This document shows positions 28,000-42,870 of a stretch of 64,000 nt of DNA, one piece after another (within the stretch, counting starts at the first letter, position 1; each line of letters starts with the position of its first letter). The notes beneath the pieces are model-generated. The model did not search any database. It was not told the origin of the DNA and worked only from the letters and a program-made list of their open reading frames with translations. Both the position numbers and the translations under genes were made by a program. This DNA comes from the human T2T-CHM13v2.0 reference genome, Homo sapiens, in NCBI RefSeq assembly GCF_009914755.1, contig NC_060946.1. One strand, written 5' to 3'.

Positions 28000-29720
28000 C
28001 TTCCTGTTATGACAGACTAGTCTGTAGCAGAAGAATTCATTTGCCGAAAATAACTTTTAAAATTGTATAATTTTTAAAAATCCATTTAAAGGCACTGGAG
28101 TGGTATCAAGGTATTTGGGATGGAAGGGACCAAATCCTGGACAGGGGAACTCACAGAAACTTAGCAGAGCTTTCAGCAATCCCCAGGACTAGGGAGATAA
28201 AACCTGAAGTTCAGAGCTACCAAGGAAGCCAAGATTTGACATGCCATTAAAGAAACGTGAACCCAAGTGTCTGAGCCACCACTACCCTCAAGACACTATT
28301 TTATAAGTAGCATACACCTAGAGGAGAAGAAGACAAATAGAAAGTAACTGCAATAAATCAAGTTATTGACCTTCGCATGGCACTAGAAAGATAAAAGCCA
28401 AAGTTCACAGTCCATCAAGGTGGTGGGACCTGGTAAGTACCTCAGATTTAAAGCTGGGACAATTAAAGGACTAAAGCCTAAGAATAAAGTTGAACCAGAA
28501 ATTGGTTTAAATGAAACCCAGCTCTGAAATATCTAATTCTTAACTGGATTAAGATGATCTACTCCTACTCTAAATACCTGCCAGATATTAAAGGAAATGT
28601 TATCTAGAGGAAGATAATACCATTGAGATTCTCCTAACATATTTTATATACAATGGTCAACATTCAGTAAGAAACTGAACCATGCACCACCAACAATAAT
28701 AGGATTAAGAGAAGAAACAGAAAATATAAATGAACCCACAAATTATTAGACATATAATTTAAAATCACTTATTAATATATTCAAGGAAAAATGATAAGCT
28801 AGAGAATTTCATCAGAGAACTGGATTCTGTTAAAAAAAAGAAATTGAAATTCCAAAAAAATAACTAAAATTAACAATGTGATATATAGGCTTCATAGCAA
28901 GCTGGACATAGCTAAAGAGAGATCTGTGATCTAGAATATAGGATAGTAAAAAAAAAATCTAAGCTGAAAGACAGATAAAAAGGATAAAAAATCCGGTACA
29001 AAGTATAATGGACATATGGAACATGGTACAAAGGTATAATATATGCAGTAGAAGACCTAGAATAGACAGGAAGAAATGGAGCTGAAGCAGTATTTGAAGA
29101 GATAGTAGCCAAGAATGTTCCAATACTAATGAAAAGCATCAAGCCACAAATTCAAGAAGCTCAGTGAATCTCACACAGAATACACAGCAAACCACACCTA
29201 CACTATTTTACAGTAAAAGTGTGGAAAATCAGGCAAAAGAAAAAGCAAGAATAGAGGGAAAAAGATACTATCTTCAATAACAACAACAACATTGAGATAG
29301 TTTTCAATAGAAAACAGTGGAAACAACCCAAAAGAATACATAAATAGTATATGTTTAACAGAACACTATATAGAAATGAGAATACATGAATTACTGGTGT
29401 AGCCATCAACAATAATAAATCTAACAAACATAACAATGAGCAAAAGAAACCAGGTATAGAAAAGGATATACTATATGAAACCATTTGTATAAAGTTCAAA
29501 AATAGGAAATACTAGCCTATGCTGTTGTAAGTCAGAATAATGGTTATCCTTTGAGTGTGATTAATATTGGAAGGAGGCAAGAAACGCTAATGAGTTACTG
29601 GTAACTCCAGTTTCTGATATGCAGAGAGGGTAAAAGGATATATTTACTTTGTGAAAATTCATTTAAAAATTATTTGTGTACCTTTCCATAGATAATACTT
29701 CAGTAAAAGTTTATTTAGAC
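28000..29720 (+). mobile_element. Old L1M fragments (ORF1-region-like and 3' end)
   Basis: 'gaaatggagctgaagcagtatttgaagagatagtagccaagaatgttcca...aattcaagaagctcagtgaatc' and a 3' end 'ccatttgtataaagttcaaaaatagg...gtcagaataatggttatcctt'. Confidence 0.65.
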
Positions 29721-30108
29721 ACATATACACATCAATGAATAACAGCAGTCTTTAAACTGCAAATTCATTTTACAAATGATTCACACACAACTTCTTTCCT
29801 TCTTTCTACTCACTGCTTAATGTATCTTCCAACTACTCCTTCTTTGGGTTCAAAAGACACTAAGGGATGAGATAGTCTCAGAAATAGGTGCTTAATTTAT
29901 AGTACATTTATAGATTATTGAGTAAATAAGATACTAAGAACCAGGCTGAGAACTTGGTCCTATTTAAGACATTTCTGTGGTGAACCAATTTAAACACAAG
30001 GAAAACAAAAACAATCTAAGACAAGAGAGAAAGATTGTTTCTTAAGAGTGACCAAAAAAGAAGTATGGATTGCCAGATTGCAGAAAAGATGCTATTAAGA
30101 ATGCATTA

Positions 30109-30426
<318 letters not shown>

Positions 30427-31424
30427 AGCATTAGGAATTTGATAGAGTAGATCAAGAAAACAAATGTAAATACAATATCTTGAACCCCACAGCAAGGAGC
30501 CTGTTTGTGATACATTAAATATTTAGCAATCACTGGAAGAACCAGAAGAACTTTAAAACAGGACAGACTATTCAGTCCGCATTACGGAAGTTCTATAAGA
30601 AATTTTACACTTCTAAAACAACTCAAGAAAATCCATCAGTCTGGTAAAAGCTTTGGCAAAGATTTTTCCAACTTCATGCATGTTTCACCTGAAATAAGGA
30701 GAGAAGGCCCTTAAATTTCCATCACTGCCATGAGTTTGCCTCAAACATTAAGACCACTACATAGTTTGTGATACAGTCTGTTAATAAAACAATCTTAATA
30801 ATTTGGTAGTTGTTTTTCTTACAGGATCTCATATGCAGTGAAGGTGGCTTTAAAACAAATTGGACAATGTTAGGAACCAGGAAGCTAGTCCAGGTTTTAC
30901 AGTATTGTATATTTTTTCCATTCCAATAATTCTGCAGACTCTGCTGAGCCTTTGGAAAGACAGTTGCTGATACAAATACGCATGTTTTAACTTATAATTG
31001 TTTTACATGAAAGTGCCCTTTTCCTCATCTCTTTTATGAAAAAACATACTCCAGCTGCTTTTTTGGAGAGAGTAAAGGTATTCAGCAATAGAGTAAAGCA
31101 ATCATTTTTTTTTAAACTCACAGTGGGAGGGAGGAAAGGGGAGAAAGTTTAAACAAAAAAAAAAAGAAAAAGAAAAAGAGGAAGTGTTTTTCTAACTATG
31201 CCGCCTACCCCTACACTCCATTCTGATGCTGAAATGGTGAGAAGATTGTCAATGGGCATGTGGGGTGGGAGCTGGTAAGTTTGGTTTCCAAAGGGTGGCT
31301 AGGTAATCCTGACCTCCCAGTTGAAACAGCATTGGACTAAAACTGATCTACAGAAAGTGACAGGCTTTAGAGGACAGTTTTATAGATGGCTAAGAGATAA
31401 ACAAAATAATGACTGTCACCAGTA

Positions 31425-31725
<301 letters not shown>

Positions 31726-32019
31726 CACTATTTTTTATTATAGGAACCCTTCTTGGTTAGCATAAACCATTGGGATCATGAGCTCATGACTAAAGTAATA
31801 GGATAAAATTGTATATCAAAGGAAAAATAAGTACCTGACTGATGTGGATTCAGGAGAAAGATGGATCTGAATTAGTAATAAGATTTGATTAGATAGATGG
31901 GTAGAGTTATGCTACTGCCAAATATATACAGTAACTATTAATAGAACTTCTCTAATGTTCTAATTAATAGAACATCCCTAATCTCTAATGGAAGAGATTA
32001 GGGATGATAGTCATGGCAG

Positions 32020-32230
32020 CAACTGCTGTGGCAGCTAAAACTTAGTGTCTACATGCTTTATGCTAAACACTGTGCTAAATACTTTATCACAGATTACCCA
32101 TTTTATGGATTAGAAGACTCAGGCTTAAAGAAGTTTAATAACTTACCTAAGATCACAAAACTAGATTAAGTGTCAGACTGAGGACTCAACCAAAGTCTAT
32201 GTGATCTTAACTACCATCTTAACCACATTC
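32020..32230 (-). mobile_element. MIR
   Basis: 'aaacactgtgctaaatactt...cccattttatggattagaagactcaggctt...taacttacctaagatcaca'. Confidence 0.65.
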
Positions 32231-34751
32231 TGCTTATAAATTCTGATCAACATAGTTAACTCCTTATATGTCTAATATTTCTAGAGAATTTATGAATACT
32301 TATTAAAATACTTAATAAAATACTTATATTAGTATTTTATTCATCCTGTAATCATTTTTAGCTCCTTGATTTGCCTAGGCAAGCCTCCTAAAAAATAGTT
32401 AAAAAGTAAAATTTAGACTCAATTACCACAAATTCTAACTAAAATCAGTAAAATTAATTAATTAGTGAAGTGTTATCAGAGACTAAAATAATAAAAAAAA
32501 TTTAGAAAGTTCTTGCCACTCTCAATCTCTATCTTCCAAGAAAGGGTGAAAGACATGTTCTAACACACCTCCAAAAAGCAGTGGACATCTGGTTAGCGAG
32601 TCTGCAGAAGAATATGTATTATGAAATAAAAGCAATAAGCAATTCAATGGTGATTTCTTTGCAATGTGATTTCCTCGTAGAAAAGGAGAACTTTGGGATT
32701 CATATATGTTGCATGGTAATTAGAGAAAAATACCTTTATTCAGGGAGAATAAAAGATTCTGATTACTGCTTAGAAAACAGACTATTTTTAGTGAGCTAAA
32801 ACTGAAATAAGAAAGGATTCCTAATTTGGATCATCTGTATCAGTGAATGGGAAGGGCATTGTTCTACAAACTATTTTAATCAGATTTTAATTATTCTAAG
32901 CCACAATGACAAAAATTAAACAAACCTCAGTGATGGTTTTACAAAATTAAAAAGGACTTTAGGAAATTATCATTTCTGTTGTTTTGTTTTGGAAATTATC
33001 TTTCTAAAAACTGGACACACGGTAGATTTTGTTTCAGCATGGATAACTCCTTTGTATCAATCATATTCCAAGTAGCTAGCAGAATATATTTCATGTTATT
33101 TTAGAAAACCATAAGTATAACACTTATTATTAGCTGTGTAATGTTATGAAAAATCATCCATCCTCTTTAAACTTTAGTTTTCTCATCTACAAAGCAGAAA
33201 AACTACCATTAATTTGCTTCAGTTTCTCCAATCTGGCCCCGAGGATCCCAAAGTTAAAAATCAAGAAAGTGCAAGCTTACCTAGCAGCTGTTTTGGTGGG
33301 GCAGCCTGCCACCCATTATACCAGAATGACAGCATCTTAGCCACAAAAATCACACTCTTAGCCTTACAGATTGTCATTAGTATCTTTAGGAACAATACCA
33401 CTCAAACTCCTCTCAGTCCCTGAATGATGCTGCAGTCTCTGATATGTCAGGTTATACCTGTTTCTCAGTCTTTTAATTTTGATTCTTTATGCTTAACTCT
33501 CAGCTATTGGTTCAATCTACAGTCCCTAATATGGGTGTAGCATATGCATTATCAAGCAGAAGGCTTTTGGTATATCTCAGGAAGCCTGTTTCTCTGGGAA
33601 ACTACTGAATTATATCAAACTACATAAAAATCCACTCCTGAAATCCAAATACCTGCTCTGGGTTTTTATGGGAATAACATGAAATAATGTACACAAAAAT
33701 GAGAAATCTATTTGTCAATGGTAAATATTAATCACATGCAAATCATCCACTATCAACGGTAATCATTATTTTAAATGACTAGGATCCAGTTAATATTCTA
33801 TAAATTGTATCATTATGGATAAAATACTTAATTAATTTAGGATCTTTAGAAGTCCTAAAATTATGACAAAAGAAAACTACTTTAGATATAACAAATTGAA
33901 GCAAGTCACTTGATGATGGTCAAATCATATCATTCCTATAGGCTTCCTATTTTTCAGGATAAAATGAGAGGGTTAGCCCTGGTGATTTCTATTAAATTGC
34001 ATAAAGTACTTTCTCCATGGGACTTATATCTCATTCTCTGCTTCATCGTAGCACTTTCTTGCAAGAGAGAGGTGACTCCCCACGGCAGATGCTGTAAGAA
34101 AAGGCTCTGGCCATACAAATCAAAAAGCACTGCCACTATTGCTAAAGCAAAGAAAGACAATGAGTCTGCCACCTCCTCTGTCCACTCATGCCACCCAAAC
34201 TGCACTTGTAGGATAATGTGCACTCCATTGATTTTGGACATCTAGTTGAACCAGGTTTCAGCCATATATGAACATGTTGTTGTGATATCGTTCTAGGATA
34301 TGCGGGGTACGTACAGCCAGGAAAGAGATGGGAATTGTGAAGTGGTTTTCTTTTCATGGCATAGGGAGGCAGAGCCAGGGCTACCCAGTGAAATTTATTC
34401 CACATGGGTCAGCTCTCACCAAGAATTCGAATCACTAGAATTACTGCTCATCCTTCTTTCACTACCAAGACTTCTATTTTTTATTTTTTCTAAAATTTTA
34501 TTGTGAAAATTTACAAAGATACAGTCAAAAGAACTGTACAGTGAATAACATAATCCATAGTAAGATTCTACAACTCCTAACATTTTGCTAAATGTGCTTT
34601 ATAACATATCTATACATCTTTTCATCAATCTGTTTTTTTGATACAATTTAAAGTAAGTTTTAGACATTAGTATACTTTACCCCTAAATACTTCAGCATGT
34701 ATATCACTAACTAAAGTATTTATATTTTCAGATAAAATTTATAAATAATAA

Positions 34752-35082
<331 letters not shown>

Positions 35083-35746
35083 CATTTGATGAGTTTTGAC
35101 ACACACATACACCTAGGTAACCCAAATACATATTAAGAGATGAAACATTCCCATCACCATATAAAGTACCCGTATAGCTCTTCCTAGTCAAACCTGTCCT
35201 CACCTCCGCTCCCAAAGACAACCACTGATCTGACTGTTTTCGCTACGGATTAGTTTTGCCTGTTCTAGAATTTCTTATTAATGGAATTATAAAGTATGTC
35301 CTCTTTTGGTATCTGATTTCTTTCACACAGTGTAATATTTTGGAGATTTATTCCTGTTGCTACACATATTTTAAAATACACAGTTTTTACATCCATTCTT
35401 CCATTGAGAAACACTTGGGCTATTTTCAGATTTTGCTATTATGAGTAAAACTGCCATAAACATTCTTATACAAGCCATTTTATGGACACATGTTTTCAAT
35501 TCTCTGGAGTAAATATCTAGCAGCAGACTTGCTGGCCACAGGGTTAGTGTATGTTTAGATTTTAAAGAAATGCAAGACTCTTTCCAACATAGTTGTACCA
35601 TTTCATGCTCCCAACAACAACGTATAAGAATTAAATATAATACATTGATGTATGCTGTAAATCCTACAATTCAACGCTATACTTTTTGCTTTAATTAGCC
35701 ATACGCATTTTTAAAAAATTAAAAAAGAAAAAAGTAAAAAAAAAAA

Positions 35747-36050
<304 letters not shown>

Positions 36051-37812
36051 AAGAAATCTTTTATATTTACCAACATATTTATTATTATCTCTGGAGTTTC
36101 TCCTTTTTTTCCCTTGTAGGTCTGGGTTTCCATTTGATGTCATTTTCCTTCAGAATGGAAAATCTTCCTTTAGCATTTCTTATAGCGCAGGTCTGTTGAT
36201 AATTTTCTTGGTTTTCCCTTATTTTTAATTGTTTTTATTTTGCCTTCACTCTTGAAAATTATTTCTGCTGATTATTGAATTCTGGGGTTGACAGATTTTT
36301 TTTTCTTTCAGCACGCTGAAGATTTTCTCCCACTGTCTTCTGGTCTCCATTATTTCTGATAAGAAATAGGCCATCATCTGTATTATTGCTCCCCCTCTAT
36401 CTAATGTGTCATTTTTCTCTGGTTGCTTTCAAGATTTTCTCTTTATAATTGGTTTATAGTAGAATATAAAACATTTAGGTGTTGTTCTCTTTGTATTTAT
36501 GCTGTTTGAGAGTAGCTGAGGTGTTAGAATCTGTAAATTTATTTTTTACTAAATTTGGGGAAAATTTTAGCCACTATTTCTACTAACACTCTCTTTTGCA
36601 TCATTATCTCTGTTTATCTTTCCGTAACATGTATATAATTATACATATGTAAGACCATTTGATATTGTCCCATAAGACACTGAGGCTCTTTTTATTCTTT
36701 TTAATCTATTTTCTCTCTGATTTTCAGATTGGATACTTTCCATTGATCTGTCTTCAAGTTCATGTCTCTTTCTCTGTCATCTCTAATGTTTTATTAAATC
36801 CATCAATGACTAATTTGATTTTAAATATTATATTTTTCCATTTTATTTTCTTATAGTTTCTATTTCTCTGTTGAGATTTCCTATCCACTCTTTATAAGCA
36901 TATTTTACTTTACATATTTGGACATAGTTACAGTAACTTTTAAAACTCTTTTCTATTAATTTCAACATCTGGGTTATCTTGGGGCTGGTTTCACTGAATA
37001 TCTTTTTTCTTTAGCATGAGTTATATTTTCCTGTTTCTTCATATGTCTAACAACTTTGGACTACATCCTGGACATTGTGAATGATACACTGTATACACTA
37101 GAAATTTTGTTATATTATTCTATACAATATCAACTTTTCTGTTTTAGCAGTTAACCGTGATGAACTCAAACACCGAACTGTTTCTCCTGAAGTGGGCAGC
37201 AGGTGAAATCTCTATTCAGTTCTTCCAGCCTTACTTGAGTTGCTTGGAATCTGTCCTCATATGCCTGGGAGCTACCTAGAGATCTGATCAGAGTTTATAC
37301 ATAGAATTTGGGGCTCCCCTACATGGCTCTCCCCTTTACAGGATTTCCCATCTCACTTTCTGGTTGTTTTTGTGGCCCATACTCTGCCCTCTGATTCCTC
37401 AATCAATAAGGCTACAAGTTTCTATATAATTTTAGTAGCACTGTGAGGACTGGGGCCTACACTCTTACAAAACCAAACAAAAAATATAAAACCAAGGAAT
37501 TCACTCAGTGTTATTCTCTTTTTCCAAGTGTTAATTCTCTTCCAGTTTCTGCCTGTTTGGTTATTCTCTAGTACCCTCATATAGCTGTTTGTTTTATATT
37601 TTGCCCACAGTTTATAATTGTTATGTGGCTGTGCTGATATAAGCGACTTTGCCAGAAGCAGAATCTTCTCTCTTTCCTTTGCATAGCTACAGGGGATAAA
37701 AATGATCCTAATATAAATAGCATATACTATATAAAAATGAAAATAGTCTATGATTCACATTGCTGCACTTTTTGTCTTCTGATTAAAGAGTCAATGTACA
37801 AAAGACTCTGGA

Positions 37813-38003
37813 AGCACTATCCAATAGAATTTTCTAAGATGATAAAAAAATTTCCTGTGCTGTCGAATATGGCCACTACTAGCCACATTAGGCTATTTTT
37901 GCACTTAAAATGTGGTTATTGTGATTGGGAAACCAAATTTTTTACTTTATTTATTTTAATATAACCACATGTGGCTAACAGCTACTACATTGAGCAATCC
38001 AGC
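37813..38003. mobile_element. MER3 hAT-Charlie relic
   Basis: 'gcactatccaatagaattttct...tgtgctgtcgaatatgg...ctagccacat...cacttaaaatgtgg...accacatgtggcta'. Confidence 0.75.
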
Positions 38004-38730
38004 TCTAACAATCATATAATCTGGTCTTCCTGTTTTACAGGTGATGAACTAGCAGCCCAAAGAGCTTCCACAAGAGGTCTGTCCATGATAGAAGGCCTCT
38101 AGCGGCAAAACCAGGATTTGAATTTAGATCTCCTAATTCCTATTCTCAAGTTGCTTCTACTCTACATATGAAGAGACTACAAAATGTTATGACTGAAAGA
38201 GAAGAATGAAAAATATAATAGATGGAGTGATGATAAAGTAGAACTTTGAAAATTACAGTTGGAAAAGATGAAACAGCTGAGGGCAGAATGATTTGCAAAC
38301 ATTATCATACATTATACATATATATACATATATTCCCTGGGTGTACAATTTCTTTTGAGGTGGTAATTATTTTATCAGCAGAAGAAAAAGAGCTTTTTAT
38401 AACTCACTACAGGCCCAAAAAGTCAGACTCAGCCGATTTATAATACAAAGTACAAAGAACACAATCAAGAAATTGATGTCCTGTCTCCATTCTTCGCAAG
38501 CATTTCCAAGTCCTACACTCTTCAGTGATTTGAGAGTTACTGTTTAGCAATCCTATTTGTTTCCCAAAAGCCTGTAAGATACACACCCCAGAAAAGTTGC
38601 CAAGCCTTCCCCTCATGAACTTAATACTCCCTAAGAGGATTTGTTTCTCTGCTAAAATGTAATGCTTTTTACCTTTTAACCCACTCTCCTGTACTATTAG
38701 AAGTAAAATAATTACCTCAACTACATTCTT

Positions 38731-38738
<8 letters not shown>

Positions 38739-38765
<27 letters not shown>

Positions 38766-38766
38766 C
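38739..38766. repeat. (AC)14 microsatellite
   Basis: Perfect dinucleotide run. Confidence 0.95.
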
Positions 38767-39141
38767 CACAAGCCTTTGCATGGATTTCACGTTAGCATTA
38801 TTGCAAATTATATAATAAAGCACATAGTGTAGAAAATGTCTGCAAAAAGGTCCAAGAAAAATAGCACTGTTTTCAGAGAAAGTGCTGTGGTCAGGATGAT
38901 GTCATCAAAAATCATCTAATTAATTTCCTGTAGCTACATCCTAAAGGAAATCCAGAAGGCTCAATTTTCTCACAAAGTCAAAAATAGTCTTTTCTTTTGG
39001 TCAGTAACTGTTCATGCAAACCCACAGGTGTCAAATTGATAATGATTATGATTCACCTTCATTCTTCACAATCACAAAAAATGAAATTTCATTTTAAAAG
39101 ATTTTTCATGTGAAAGGCATCATCAGAATATAAAAAGTATC

Positions 39142-39265
39142 CTTTATTTTAGAGATAGGGTCTCACCATGTTGCTCAGACAGACCTTGAACTCCTGCTCA
39201 AGCAATCCTCTCACCTTAGCCTCCCAAGTAGTTGAGACTATAGGTGCATGCCACTACATGTCGTT
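39142..39265 (-). mobile_element. FLAM monomer with TSD aagtatcctt
   Basis: 'agagatagggtctcaccatgttgctcag...ttgaactcctgctcaagcaatcctc'. Confidence 0.8.
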
Positions 39266-39884
39266 GGAAGTATCCTTATTGAATGTGAATTTTAGATTTT
39301 AGTTACTAGGAGCAAAGTAACTGCAGAAATGACCAGATGATTAAACTGAGTTGGTATTTACTACTTGGCTTTATATGACAACTTCTCCAGCTCTGAGTAA
39401 AATAAAGATTATCACTCATAAGAACCAAGGAGAGAAGAGCACTTTTTACCTACTACCACCCTCAATATTCTTCCTCCAAACCAACAGGCATTTATCATGA
39501 CTGGCCTGGAATACCATAGGAGGTTTGCCAGGAGATGTGAGCTCCTCAAAGGCAAGAATGATGGCATATTCATCTTTATATCCAAAGGCATTACAGCACC
39601 TTGTACATAGTAAGCACAAGCATGTTGAATGGATAAATGGATGAGATTATTAAAATAAATAAACTGTGCCCCTTTCCCACCAGAAGCTCCCAATTCTACA
39701 GTGGGGGGAAGAACACCATTACAAACAAATATATGGGAAGTGCTGTAACTAAGGGATCACCGAGGGCCACAGTTTGTCAATCAAGTTGAAAAAACAAACT
39801 AACAGATTGATATCAAGTGCTAAGGTGTTTAGAGCAGCCTTTCTGGTGAGCAATTTGGGTAAATCTTTTAATTTAAAATATGTA

Positions 39885-41150
39885 TTGGATATGACGCCAA
39901 AAGCATAGATAACAAAAGAACAAATAAGCAAATGGGACTACATCAAACAAAAAGCTTCTGCACAGCAAAAGAAAACAATCAACAAAATGAAAAGGCAATC
40001 TACGGAATGGCAGAAAATTTATAAAATACATATTATATAAGGGAATTCATACAACTCAATTGCAAAAAATAAATAAAAATAACCCAATTTAAAAAAAGCA
40101 AAGGACCTGAATAACATTTTTACAAAGAACACATATAAATAGCCAACAGGATTATGAAAAAGTGTTAAAACATCACTAATCAATGAAATGCAAAACAAAA
40201 TCACAATAAGATATCACCTCATAGCTCTTATGATGGCTATTACCAAAAACAAAAGAGATAACAATTGTTTGCAAGGGTGTGCAGAAAAGAAAATGCTTGT
40301 GCACTGCTGGTGGGAATGTAAATTGATACAGCCATTAAGAAAAATAATATAGACATTCCTCAAAAAATTAAAAAAGAGCTACATTATGATCCAGCAATTC
40401 TACGTCTGAGTATATATCCAAAGCAAATGAAATCAATGTCGAAGACATGTCTGAACTCTGTTCACTGCAGCATTATTCACAATAGCCAAGATATGGAAAC
40501 AACCTAAGTGTCAGATGAATGGATTCAGAAAACGGAGTGTATGTGTGTGTGTGTTTGTGTGTGTACACATACACATACATACACACACATACATACAAAA
40601 ATATATGTACAATGAAATATTATTCAGCCATAAAAGGAAATCCTGCCATTTGTGAGACAGAAGAGACGACTCTGAAGAACATTATGCTATGTGAAATAAG
40701 CCAGAAACAGAAAGACAAATACTGTACGATTTTACTTACATGAAATTCCACTTATATATGAAACTTTAAAAAAGTCAAACTCATCGAAGCAGAGAGAGTA
40801 GAACAGTGGTTGCCAGGGCTTGGGGTGAGGGAAATGGGGAGATGTTGGTCAAATAGTACAAACCTTCAGTTATAAGACAAATAAGTTCTGGGGACTCTAA
40901 CACACAGTATGGTGACTATCGTTAATAATACTCTATTGTTTACTTAAAATTTACTGAAAGAATGGATCTTCAGTGTCTTCACCACCCCCAACTCATACAA
41001 ACGATAACTAAGTATGATACTTAATTGTTAATCAATTTGATTGTGGTCGTTTCACAATGTATACATACATAAAACAATTACATTGTACACCTTGAATACA
41101 TATAATTTGTATTCAGCAATTATACTTCAATAAGGCTGAATAAAATTTTT
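39885..41150 (+). mobile_element. L1MA-type 3' portion
   Basis: 'ggatatgacgccaaaagcatag...aatgggactacatcaaac...gttcactgcagcattattcacaatagccaagatatggaaacaacctaagtgtc...gtggttgccagggcttgggg...ttcagttataagac'. Confidence 0.9.
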
Positions 41151-41420
41151 TAAATAATCTAATGTGTAAGACACCTGTTGACCTAGCAATCCCACTTCTC
41201 AGATGCTATTCTAGTTCTAAATGTATACAAAGAGACTTATATATGGTATTTTTTACTGCAACCATGTTTGTAATGGCAAGAAAACAACAACAAAACCCAA
41301 AAAACTCCCTGAATTTCAACAGTGGATGAATGGCACACCCATAATACATACTAGTACACAGTACAAAACAATGTAGTTGATCCATGAGTGCTCACATTAA
41401 AAGAGGTTCAAGATTATTAA

Positions 41421-41540
41421 TTTTTTTTTTTTTTGAGACAGAATCTCACTCTGTCACCCAGGCTGGAGTGCAGTGGCGTGATCTCGGCTCACCACAAGCT
41501 CCGCCTCCTGGGTTCACGCCATTCTCCTGCCTCAGCCTCT
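41421..41540 (-). mobile_element. Severely 5'-truncated AluY with perfect 19-bp TSD
   Basis: Y-diagnostic 'caagctccgcctcc' and 'ttcacgccattctcc'; TSD agaggttcaagattattaa at 41402-41420 and 41541-41559. Confidence 0.92.
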
Positions 41541-41664
41541 AGAGGTTCAAGATTATTAAGTAACAAAAAATCATTTGGAGAACAATACCACATTCCCATT
41601 TATGAAAAATAAAACAATACATTTTTAGACATGTATATTTAAATCCATAGAAAATGGGCTACAA

Positions 41665-41960
41665 CCCCACTAATAGAAAAATAATAAAAGCCACAAATAT
41701 AATTTAAACTTTCTAGTAATCCATAAAAATGTAAAAAGTAAAATTAACTTTAATAACACATTTTAATCCAACGTAGCCAAAATATTATCACTACATTAAA
41801 CAATATAAAAAATTAATGAGATACTTTACATTCTTTTTGTTCATTCTAAGCATTGAAGTCCAGAGCTTATTCTACATTTACAGCACATCTCAATTAAAAC
41901 TACCCACATTTTAAATGCTCAATAGCCACATGTGGAAGTAGCTACCACAATGAGAAGTAT
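41665..41960. mobile_element. MER33 hAT-Charlie relic
   Basis: 'aatagaaaaataataaaagccaca...ttctagta...aaaatattatca...attaatgagatactttacattc...cagcacatctcaatt...aaatgctcaatagccacatgtgg'. Confidence 0.75.
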
Positions 41961-42169
41961 AAATCTACGAGAATACACTTCAAACTGGTAACAGTGGTTA
42001 CTTCTGGAAAAGACAGTTTTTAAATCTTTTACATCAATAACTAACTCATACATTACTTATGTAATGATAAAACTATAACAATAAAAAAACAAGTAGTATG
42101 GGAATACAGATGGCTGAGCAAATAACACTGTTCCCAGGGTTGCTGAATATCTAGATCAAGGAAGGGAAC

Positions 42170-42870
42170 CAGGGAAAAATAAAATTTAAAAATACCATTT
42201 ACAATAGTGAGGATGCACACACACACACACAAAACCTAAGGATAAAATTAAGAAATGATATGCAATAGTTCTACACTGAAAAGAATAAAACACTGCTGGA
42301 AGAAATTCTACAAGACCTAAATAAATGGAAAAACCATGTTTATGGAATATAAGATTAAAATATATTTATAGATTCAATGCTAACCCAGTCAAAATTCCAG
42401 CAAGATGTTTTAGCAGAGGAAAGGAGAACTGACAAGCTAATTCTAAGACATACATATATGTAAAGAACCTGAAATATCTTCAGCAATCTTGAAGTAGAAC
42501 AAAGCTACAAAAATTACATTATCAAGTATCCAGACTCATTAAAAAGCTATAATAACTAAGAAATTTACTATTGTCATAAAGATAGACAAAATTATTAACA
42601 GAGCAGAGTCTTTATATGTATACCTTATATCTTACTTATGACAAAAGTAACATGCAGTACAGTCTGATGAATATAGAGTGCTGGGTCAATTGGATATACA
42701 TATGGGGAAAAAACATGAACTTCAATTTCTACCTCAATGCAAACAAGTTAATTCCAAGTGGCAGTAAATCTAAATGCAATGACCTTGGGATATACAAACA
42801 TTTTCTTAAACAAGACACAAAAGGCTCTAACTAATAAACAAAAGTACTGATAAATTGGACTTAACTAACA
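42170..42870 (+). mobile_element. Old L1M ORF2 fragment
   Basis: 'ataccatttacaatag...gacctaaataaatgga...tatagattcaatgc...gacaagctaattcta...tgataaattggactt'. Confidence 0.7.
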
